DNA from: Paragordius varius
Lineage: Eukaryota > Animalia > Nematomorpha
Direction of reading: 5' to 3'
Length of the DNA stretch: 64,000 nucleotides
NCBI GenBank assembly: GCA_964247055.1
Contig: OZ176050.1
Coordinates: 13,640,001 to 13,704,000, forward strand
Part shown: positions 23,101 through 33,466 of the stretch, piece by piece
How positions within the stretch are numbered: position 1 is the first letter of the stretch
How the letters are laid out: every line of letters starts with the position of its first letter
Translations under genes and position numbers: made by a program
The notes under the pieces: generated by a model
Told to the model about the DNA's origin: nothing
What the model saw: only the letters and a program-made list of their open reading frames with translations
Databases searched by the model: none

Positions 23101-25713
23101 AAAACAAGTGTAATATAATCTATGGGTGGAGCCATATCTGCATTGGTGCCCCCTCGAAGGGTTAAAGTTGATGTCACCAAACTTTGATTGCTGGAGTGTT
23201 TCAATTCACGGTCCCGTGAAGCGAAGAGTAAGCAAGGGAAAGCGATTTGAAGTAATAAGCAAACGCTTCTAATCAAGGGGGCAAAAAATTGATAAAAATA
23301 TATACGATCCACGTGAAATAATGTTTTTATATTCAAAAAATTGTGATTGATTAATATAAGTATATTTATATTTGAGTAACTTGTATAATTATTGATAGTA
23401 AAGTGTATTTCTTTTATTCCTTTAAGCCATATTTTATCGTAATAGATAGATATTCAAAGTCTATTAAACATTTTAAATATTGTATTAACATTTCGATTTC
23501 ACTCTTAAAATGAAATGTATCACACATAATTAGAAAGAAAGCTTGTTTTTAGATAATCCTACCAATTTTGTGGTGTTCCTTTTAAATATAGATATTTGAA
23601 TATAGCAGTGGTTTTTTATAATAATAATTACATTATATGATATCATTCTTTCGAGCGGTCATATCCGTAAATTATTTCGCCAGAGAACCCTGTATATGGC
23701 GTCCTCGCGTTTTAGGTTCAATTTTGCCATGTCCCTCTTAATTGTATCTATCCATCGCGTTTTAGGGCACCCTCTTCCCCTCTTATTTTTCACAAGATAA
23801 TCATCAATCTTTTTACCAATGTAATTATTATCAATTCTTTCAACATGTCCGAACCATCTTAAACAATTTATCATCATCTTTTGTGTTACCGGTTTGATTT
23901 CCCTACTTCCTCTTATGTAGACATTCCCACTTTGTCATTCCTCGTTACACCGCACATCAATCTAAGCATTCTCATTTGGATAACCTCAAAAGACCTCTCT
24001 TCTGATTTCTTTATTGTCCATTGTTGGCTGTACAACAGCACTGTAAATCTTACCCTTGACTTTTAGGCAATATTTTTATCGCACAAAACCCATTTTAGAT
24101 CTTTTTTATAATTTGCCCAACTATTTCAAATTTTTAGATTTATATCATGCGTTAAGGAACCATCTGCTGCTAAAATAGCTCCTATTATATATCTGCGCAT
24201 TTTGAAAGTATAACAAAAGAAGAAGTCCAGGCTGGTTTAGAAGACATGTCTATAAATCAGGTTGCAGTCCCAAACGATATTAAAATAAACTGAAAATAAT
24301 GTTAGAGAAAGGTATTTTTTGACGGATATTCTTATGGTTAGTATAGATATGATACCAATTAAATGGAAGGAGAGTACTGTTTCCAGTTTCAAGGTTAAAG
24401 GAGATATTAATGATTGTAATAATTACAAAGAGATAAAGGAGTTATTTGAGAAAGTACTAGAGAAACGAATGAGAAAAATGGTTAGTATAGAGGGTAAACA
24501 ATTTGGTTTTATTCCAGGAAAACCCACCATCGATTCGATTCAGGCAGTAAGAAGGTTGATTGAAAAGCAGATAAAAATGAAAAAAGAGTTGCATGGTATT
24601 TTAATCGATATTGAAAAGGCGTTTGACAGAATACCACGGAGTAGAATATGGTGGAGTTTAAGACAAAAAAACGTTGAAAGTTACAAAAAAATTTCAAAAA
24701 GCATGTACGATTGACACCATACCAAGGTTAAAACACACCAGGGAGTGTCAGATCCTATTCAAATAAACCAGGGCGTCTAACGGGGGTCAGCAATCAGTCC
24801 GTTACTATTTATAATATTCATAGACAAAATTTCAAAGTGAGGCAACATGGGGGCTACTATTTTCTTTATGCAGACGACCTTGCTGTCAGACGAGTTACAT
24901 GAATTGAAAGAATTGGTGGGTAAGTGGATTGATGTGTTACGACGATGCGGTTTAAAAGTTAATAAAAAGAAAACAAACTTATAAATTTCGGTGGTAATGA
25001 GAAAAGGAAATAGGAGAAGGGTGGTTAAAATGTCATGAAGAATGCAAATATTTAGGAGCGATTTTAGCAGCAGATGGTTCTTTAACGCATGATATAAATC
25101 TAAGAATTCGAATACAAGGTTCTTTTATCATCTAATTTATTTAAACAGAATAAAAATTATGAAATTTATGTTTATGGGTGAAATTAAAATTAATTATTAA
25201 TTTTAGGGTACTTTTTATAAAGGGCAATAAAATAATTAGTATGGATAAATTTGTTAAAAGACGCGGTTGTGGAGAAAATGAAGTTTATTTAATGATTTTC
25301 TTTATAAAAATTTAAATTATTTTTATTTTACTCCATATATAAATAAGAACATGTATTAATATTTAATACCCTGCAGTTTTAGCGTCTGCAACATAATCGG
25401 CAAATATCAATTTGTGAGGGGTAAAACTGACACATGTCGAACCCTCTTGTGATCCAACCAAACTTCCTTGAGTAATATTTTGCACCAAAAATATTCCATT
25501 AAGATGTTGCGATCTAAATATAAACGTTAATTCAAAATTTTTAAATACCTTAACCCAGGAATTTTTCTACCAGCTCTTATTTTAACTATCTTTACAGGCT
25601 TACATAATATCGCGGATAATGAAATAGCTGTTCGTAAAATTTGACCGCCCTTTATATTAGAAAATAATTTATACCCCTTCTTTGACAGAACCATCAATAA
25701 CGCACATGGCCAT
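20132..25713 (-). CDS. RTCA: RNA 3'-terminal phosphate cyclase, 9 exons, ~409 aa
   Basis: Exons (minus): 25713-25675, 25649-25549, 25513-25370, 23268-22824, 22391-22234, 21914-21856, 21541-21447, 20852-20745, 20212-20132 (1230 nt). Motifs: IDGSVKEG|[17 protein letters not shown]|SQHL, DAKTAG|[41 protein letters not shown]|LLLFMALA, and GPLTLHSES (adenylated His motif). Confidence 0.95.
21031..21307. mobile_element. MITE family B (TA|CAGTAAAAAT..ATTATACGGACAAAACG TIR), Tc1/mariner-like
   Basis: Inverted termini, mostly TA-flanked. Other copies: 1-38 (right end), 14652-14922, 16032-16276, ~16480-16740, ~35813-36082, ~36170-36385, ~51447-51715, 52009-52253, partial ~63360-63430. Confidence 0.75.
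23650..24215 (-). mobile_element. Decayed RTE-clade non-LTR retrotransposon, 3' fragment
   Basis: [15 protein letters not shown] and LRWFGHVER...[18 protein letters not shown]...LWR, typical of the RTE C-terminus. Confidence 0.85.
24290..25125 (+). mobile_element. Decayed RTE-clade non-LTR retrotransposon, RT core fragment (in RTCA intron 3)
   Basis: RT motifs [38 protein letters not shown] and YLGAIL, interrupted by stops and frameshifts. Confidence 0.85.
25514..25548 (-). other. 35-nt spliceosomal intron (RTCA intron 2)
   Basis: GTATTTAAAAATTTTGAATTAACGTTTATATTTAG. Removal restores PGLR-SQHL; retention hits an in-frame TAA. Confidence 0.9.
25650..25674 (-). other. 25-nt spliceosomal intron (RTCA intron 1)
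   Basis: GTATAAATTATTTTCTAATATAAAG. Removal restores the conserved EGGGQILR; retention gives GTA TAA. Confidence 0.9.
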
Positions 25714-26209
25714 TTGAAAAACCATATGTATAACTTTTATGCAATGCAAGTAAATTAATCGGTATGTCGCTTACCTTTTGTTGTTTATAGATTTTAACTC
25801 ATCGTATTGCTACCTATAAATCATTAATTAATTTGGGCGCCTTATATGGATTATTTACACAGTTGGCTTAACATATATATATATATATATATAGTATTTT
25901 ACGTTCCATTGAATATGTTTTTTAGAAGCCCTAGAGAATGATTCACGTCCTCCTGCCCTGAGGCGCGTAAAAGCGTAGGAAGGCGGTAAGGGTCGTCCTG
26001 TGCGGACAGTGGCGGTAAGCAAGCCTGTCACATCCTTTTCTGGATACCTGGATATTTATAATAACATTGCCTTGATTAAACATGTCCTATATATATATAC
26101 ATTATATATTGTAAAGTAATATGCTTAAAGTCGACAGAAAACCTAATACAAACGGGTGTCACTACATGTCTTCTGCGAACAGTAGCGGCGCGAGTCTGAT
26201 GCATTAGAC

Positions 26210-26456
26210 CAGGAGTGTCCAAAACAAATAATATCGCGGGCCAGATTTTGGATCCGGCAAAGCGGCATTTAAAATATATAGGCATTAACAAATATTTGAT
26301 TAGATTTTAGACCTAGGACTGTAAAAACCACTATTTGTTTAAACAATTTTTGCGTCATTGTTCGGAAATATTCATAAGAAATCCGTAAAATTTTTCATTT
26401 CAAATTTCGCCCGAGCTGCAGAAATATTTTCGATTGCCGCATGTTGGACACCACTG
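26210..26456. mobile_element. hAT-like MITE (family D)
   Basis: TIR CAGGAGTGTCCAA/TTGGACACCACTG with an 8-bp TSD CATTAGAC/CATTAGAT. Copy at 49242-49446 (TSD ATACAAAT/ATCCAAAC). Partial ends near 31660, 39580, 53720 and 61938. Confidence 0.8.
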
Positions 26457-27600
26457 CATTAGATTATTTTAAAGTGTAAAAAGTTATTTATTGCCTACTA
26501 AAGAGTTATTCTATTATACATATATTTAACACTTGGATACAACACATTCATTTTAGTCCCTCGATTCAAATTGAAATATGGAAGGATCGAAATGGCAAAA
26601 TTTTGAACTTATTAATTATTGGAATCCGGTGAAACCGCTAACAACTTTTTTGCCCATAAATGATAAATTTAAACCAGCATTAACTGAAAAACGACCGGGA
26701 TGAGCTTGAAAATATTAAGAACAATATTGTTACATGCGTCTCACACACCAGTAAAAGGCACCTTAATATCGCTTCCATTTTTTTCGGCATCTGAACCTAA
26801 CCCTACTTGGTGCCATCTGATTATTACCACTTCGTATCTATGCGGTACACACTGGTAAACAAGTAAACAACAAGTAAAGGGTGTAGCGTCGGAAGATCGT
26901 CGGCCACCTGCCGTCAAGGCAATCCCTACCCACCCGTAATGCATTGAGCTTCAGAGCGGGGAAACACATCGGAGGTTGGGTTTGACGTTAGTATCTACAT
27001 ACATAAATAAAATGCCTATGTTAGATGTGTTAATGGGAGTTAGTATAGTTAATGAGCTATATATATATATATTATATACATATATTTCAATAAATGTTAG
27101 CCTTGTTAAGTAGGTAAAAGCAATATTTGATTTTAAATAACCGTACAAACAGGGTTTGATTATTCCAGAAAGTAATGTCAAAGGTCTATGTCGGGTCAAA
27201 TGTAGTAATTTTAAGCTCTTATCTTTGGTGTAAAAGAGGATCTTCTTTTGCTTCTAAATGAGTATGGCCTTTTGGTAAACCAATTTTGAAGATATTAGAC
27301 ATTACAAGCGTCAACGTTACCCCTTCGTGCGACCATGTTTCAGTTGTACCTTCAACTGGGACGCTAACCCGGGATAAGTGGTCGTTGAGCTTGCTCTGAG
27401 CTAAGTCTCAAACTCCGACCAACAGAGATGTCGGAGATTGGTAACCAGCCCTGCTCAAATATCAGCGGCTCCAACATTGCTTCCCATGAATTTGTCTCAC
27501 AATAATTGGCTAATAGTCTACTCAGAGTCGCGTCTTGTTTTATACATTCAGTGGTACATTTTGTTCATGGGATATCTGTGGGAAGCAGTCTACATTCTTA

Positions 27601-27857
27601 ACTAACTGTATAGGTGTTTACCATTAACAGAGGTTGTTGTAAATATTGCATCAATACTAACTGACTTTAACAGAGCGTTGTAAAATAAAAATTTATACCT
27701 TAAATACATAAATACTAACTGACATTAACAGAGCGTTGTAAAATAAAAATTTATACCTTAATTACATCAAAACTAACTTACATTAACAGAGCGTTGTAAA
27801 ATAACCTTAATTACATAAATACAGACATTAACGTTGTAAAATAAAATTTATACCTTA
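27601..27857 (+). repeat. 58-bp minisatellite, ~4 degenerate copies
   Basis: Unit AATACTAACTGACATTAACAGAGCGTTGTAAAATAAAAATTTATACCTTAAATACATA starts at 27653, 27711 and 27769. Confidence 0.85.
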
Positions 27858-29889
27858 TCCAGCAGTGGGAATTAACCTTAAAATACTACCGACTTCGCAA
27901 TAGTACCATTCAATCTGGAGGAGCAAAGTATCCGGTTCAAAGAGAGTTGAATATTGGTAATCAGCCCTCAAATCAGCGGTTCCGATGTCATCGTCATATA
28001 GCAGGGAATTTGCGCTGGTTTCCAACGGGATAGGATTAGTAACTCCGGCGCGTTTCCTCGTTGAGCTTAAAAGTGATCGAGGTTTTCGGGGTATAATCGT
28101 AATCGCGTTCATCAGCGCAGCTTCAAAAGCTCAGTTGGCCACAGTTATTGAAGTTTTTTCGGTAAGTTTTAAAGATCGGAGTCATTAATTTACAGTCATT
28201 GTTCGATTCTAGCCTGGAGAGGATGTTGCGTCAGCCGGTGCCATACATCAAAAAAGTCGGTACACACTGGTATGGGTGCACTTCAATAATTTTAAAGACA
28301 TTGGAAAATGGCTAAACAAATGGTTTGCCGCAAAAGGTCATCCGTTTTTCTAGCATGCCATTTATATATTACCTGAGCCATATGCGAAATCTGTAGAAGC
28401 TGACGGACAATTTTAATTGAATATATGATTCCCTCCAAAGTTACGTAAGGAACAACATGAAAGGCTCAAGGACCACTTTCGAAGACCAACTAAAGTTTTT
28501 TGGTCGTACATCGAAGTGTGCATGGGATATATATTATAGATTTATTTTAATTATACAAAATTAAATGCTTTGTTTTAACACAATCGTTCTAAAAATTCAT
28601 TTGTATACAATTATTTTTTAATGCTTAAGAACAAAATTTAGCTGATGTGTTTTCTCCTATTGAATTACCTTTATTCGACCTAATGTTTCCGAAAATTCGA
28701 TAATTTTTGTAAAAAAATTAAATCTATATTATCTTAATCGCTTTTATCATCGCAAATTAAATTTAGAGCTGTGTAGATTTATAAAACTATTTTTTATATT
28801 TTGTAGCACAGAATTATAGGAACTTATTGCATCGTAATATCTAGCCATACATTTTTTTATAAAATAAAGCACATTTATTTTTGACTAAATATTTGGATTC
28901 AATTTTCCGAATTTAATTAAAAATTTGTTAAATTGGAATTAGAGGGAAGGGCTTTTAATTTAAAACTTTATAAATGACTATTTTCATGATAGTTATTATT
29001 AGAGCAAAATATTTTACATAATTGTTGCTTTTAGGTTTTTTTAGTTAAACTTTAGGATTTTTAAAGAGACCATTGAACAAAACGCCGTCTGATAAAAAAT
29101 TTAAATATACATTATATTATAAAGTAAATAATTATTTTGGAATTTAGATAAATTAATAAACCATATCTAATTTAGTTATTGTGTATTGCAATATATTATT
29201 TCCCATGATAAAATTTTTTCCAATTTAATTCAATGAGATTTGGAATATTTGATATTATTCAGCACCTGTTTTTAGTTTTATATATGTATGTTGTAAAAAA
29301 TAACTTTTTTTTGGTTATAAAAAAAATTGCTTAAAATGCTTAATAATAGGAAAAATTTTGCATTTTTATATGTAATTAATTTTTGGAATCGATATCTATC
29401 TATCTATGTTAATACGTAAATACAAACATCTCAAATATAGATTATTTTTTTTTCAAATCGATTTTTATTTTTGTATATCGCAAGCAAAAAATATCGTGTG
29501 TATTTCGTATGCTGTGTTCCATATTACCTAATTTGGTCTTAAATATTCTTTCCTTCGTATTTTTTAAAAAAATATATTTATTTATAATTTTAAGCTCTTT
29601 TGTATATTTTATTCGGATTTATCTCAGTTTTTTATTCAATACGTTAGTTTTTGCGTTAATCTTTGTTGTTTTATAATATATTGTTTTTTTGTAAAATCAA
29701 TAAAAATCCTAATTAATAGCTAATATAAAAAACCGGTTTTATATATCTCTATTTTTGTATCCCAAAATTACACATTTTTTTAATAAAATCTTCGACTTTG
29801 CTGAGCAAATTACTTAAATCCATCTTTTTTCTGAAATCTATATTCATAAATTTCAATTTTATCGGATTATATACATATATTATTAAATC

Positions 29890-32800
29890 ATGTCCAACAA
29901 AAATAAACGCAAAAACACTGTACCTCAAAAAATGGGAGGCTCTTCATTATTACCAATACCCATAGAAAGAGAAGTTTCAGACATGGATTTTATGTCACCA
30001 AATACGGATCTGATAAATTGTCAAAATGTTTACCAAAATAAAAATGAAGTCAAAAAAATTAATAAATTACTATCTAAATTTGAAGGTGAAAATATTAAAT
30101 CTACAATTCCACCACCGATGACTTGTAGCATTATGGAATCGTATTTGAAAATGATTCAAAAAGCTTGTGCCCAGTATAATTATACACTTTTTTTTCAATT
30201 AATTTATGGGGTGGTCTTGGTTGCTTTACTCGATTTCCTATTTTATAATGCGTTTGTTTAATAAAAAATTGTACCTTAGAATCGAAATTTATGTTAAAAT
30301 TAAGAGATATATAACTTTATAGTGAAAACTAACCTACCGCTCTGCATAGAGTACCGCCAATTTTAATTATGTTGATCTTTTGAAAAAGATTACTTATTTT
30401 TAATGGTAGTTTAACACAAAGTAGAATGACTTTTAAGATTTTAACGGAAAGTTACCGTTTAGTATTAAACATATTTTTATATTTTTGAAACTGTTTGATA
30501 AAAGTCGTAAGATATAACATAGTTTTCTGGTTAACAGGTAAAAAGTGAAACAAGTATTTAAAATTTTGTCTTAACGCATTTAATATGGCTTAGGTTCAGT
30601 ATTAAATTATGTATCCCTATCCCGTTTAACAAGCAAAAAAACACATAAATTTTATAGATTAGGGCAAAAATGGCTCTAAGAGTTTTGACAATATAAATGC
30701 GCTTTGCGGATTAACGTTTGTTAAATTTTATGTTTCTATAATATTTTAGATCAGAATTAGCAGAAAGAAACGATCCCAAAAATCATATATCGGATAAATA
30801 TCAAACTGGGAACAATAATGTTGAAGAAAAACAGCCGACTCCAAAGCTCACTTACAGAATTGATTCCGTTAGGAATAACGTTAGATTAAGGTCTCCGAAA
30901 TCCTCTTTTATGTTTTTTGATAACTTGCAGCGTACATGTGAATTCGCTCCAAACTGTCTACCCAGAGCTCATTTTCATTGCATTTGGGTACGTATATTTA
31001 AAATCTTAAACGTATTTTCAAACTTATGTGAATATGCGAAACAATAATTATTGAACATTTTACAGTATGGGCGAGTATACTTTGCTGGAAAGTTATTAAT
31101 TATTGCCAAATAATAAATACAACATAGGCATAATTATTGAGTTATAATAGTAAAAAGTCAAAAAAATATAAGCCAATAATACTGACCTTGTTGTATTTAC
31201 TATTTGCCAATACTAACTTTTTAGCTATGTATACTTACTCATTCTGTAATCTGAATTATTTATAACCATCATTATGTGTAAAACTTTAAATCCTTAATAA
31301 ATTTTTACATTTTTTCGATTATTTGATCTATAAGGTTATTTGGAAGTGAATGCATTGGAAAAAATTAAAAATGTCTGATATATACCATTGTTGTCATCTG
31401 CTAAAGATATCACGCGTCCCTTTAAAATATTTTGCAGCTCGGAAATTTCCATAGATATAAAATATAAAAATTTATAATAAAAATATGCCATTTACGAAAT
31501 TCAAGTGATTATTTCTTAAACGAACTTTTCGAATAAGTTTTTCCAAATTTCGAAGAAATGAACTAGAAATTGTAAAATAAATGCAAAATCTAATAAAAAG
31601 TATTTATTGATTCCTCTATATTTTTCAAATGTGCGGCCTGCAAAGCTATTTAGATAGATACCCCTGATATAAATAATTAGATTTTTATTAAAATGGCAAA
31701 TTTAAATATAGTAAAATTGGTGATTCTTAATATATAACAGAAATCTTCCGTTTATTGAGTTTAAAACATATTTTTTTTGTATACTATTTAGGTGAATTGT
31801 AACAAACCGTTGAGATACGAAGATGAACAAGCCTTGCTACAACATTATCGGCAACATAAAACTCAATTTTACAATTATCAAGAATCTCCGAACAACCTAA
31901 GCAATATAAAAAATTGTAACATATTGGAACCACCTAATATACCCATTAATAATCGGTTAAATAATATTACTTTTACCAATACTCAAATCGAACACCATCA
32001 AAATGAGGTTAATGATGATACTACATTGTCCACGAAGAATAAAATAACGTATGAAAAAATACCAATACATAGAATGTCTCCAGATTCAATGCATACTGAA
32101 CTTAAACGAAAACGTGGTCGACCACCCAAACATCGGTCTGAACTTTCAATTTTAACGGACACGGCGACACCATTGAGCGAAGAAAAAAGACAACCGGCGA
32201 CAGATTATATGATGATAGATGAGGAATTCGTTAATGCTACAATACTACAGAAATACATGCAAAATTTTGAATCACACCACAACACAATGGAAAACAAGGT
32301 TAATAATGGTAATGATGAAAAAGCAAAAATTAATTCAAATTCAGGTTTGGCTACTGGTGAAATGGGCAAGTTTTCTTCTAAATATGACAAAAATCATGCA
32401 TATCCATTTATACAACACACAAACGATGAAATTCAAAATATAAAAACTTGTAATAAAAATGATTCAGTTAAGTCCCCTCCTGTAGAAACGTCCAAAAACT
32501 CGGTTTATCATGACAGAACCGTAAATAATAAAAATCAAAAACCTAGGTATCAATCCGAATTCGAGTATTTGCTTCATCATACAAATAATTACCAAGCTCA
32601 AAAAACGCCTAAGATATCATCAAATCATTCATCCCAATTACATGCATTTAAGAAAAATAATGTTAATATGTCTGAAATTAATTCTATATCCACAAACACT
32701 GGTTATAAAACTATAACCATTGTTCCAGAATACCCTGGTCTAATGTTCTCATCGGATAATACAGTACCGAAATTCCCTGAATTCAAACGTAAAATAGTTT

Positions 32801-32919
32801 ACAATTTGGATAAAACGGCTTCTAAGCGTAAAAATGCCAAAAATCAGGATTACAAAAGTTTGTGTTTAACATTCATCCCAAATAAACGGGTCGGTCGTGC
32901 CAAAAAAGATGAAGAATAA
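29890..32919 (+). CDS. Nuclear protein with one Castor-type zinc finger and an AT-hook, 3 exons, ~549 aa
   Basis: Exons 29890-30173, 30750-30987, 31792-32919, phases consistent (1650 nt). The exon 2/3 junction builds FMFFDNLQRTCEFAPNCLPRAHFHCIW|VNCNKPLRYEDEQALLQHYRQH (C-x5-C-x4-HFHC-x4-C-x14-H-x3-H). AT-hook KRKRGRPPK; basic NLS-like ends. Confidence 0.7.
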
Positions 32920-33466
32920 TAATTAATACGTTATGAAAAAAAATTAATAAACTGAATAAAACATAATATTTTTTAAAAAAATGTTTTATATTTGATATCC
33001 TGAAATTAGTAAAAGATATTAATTGTTACATTGGAAAATCAAAAATTAGAAATTAGCCATAGAATTATTAAAATAACCCTGTGCATCTTAGCAAGCATAA
33101 TTATTACTGATTTACCATTTAATCCTTAAAAGTTAAGTCATAACTTTTTATTTATCATTCCTTTTTAGAGCTATAAGACAGAATAGAATTATCATTTCTT
33201 AAAATCCTTTAAAGCGACTACAAATATGAACAATCATTCCATCAATTGAAATATATTTATTAAATGTTTTGAACCATATACTATAGATAAATTGTTTGTG
33301 GATTAATTTAAACAACATATATTATTAAATTAGTCACGGGGGTAATAAAAAGTTAGACTATATCAAATGCCATTAATTATTATACATGTTTAATGACCAA
33401 TGTAAGAGCACATCAATTTTCTAGTTTTGAGTATATACTCATCACAAATAATTATTACTATTCCAA

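Noticed and set aside
27601-27857. 58-bp repeat as a CRISPR-like repeat-spacer array
   Set aside because: The whole unit is repeated with no variable spacer; an ordinary minisatellite.
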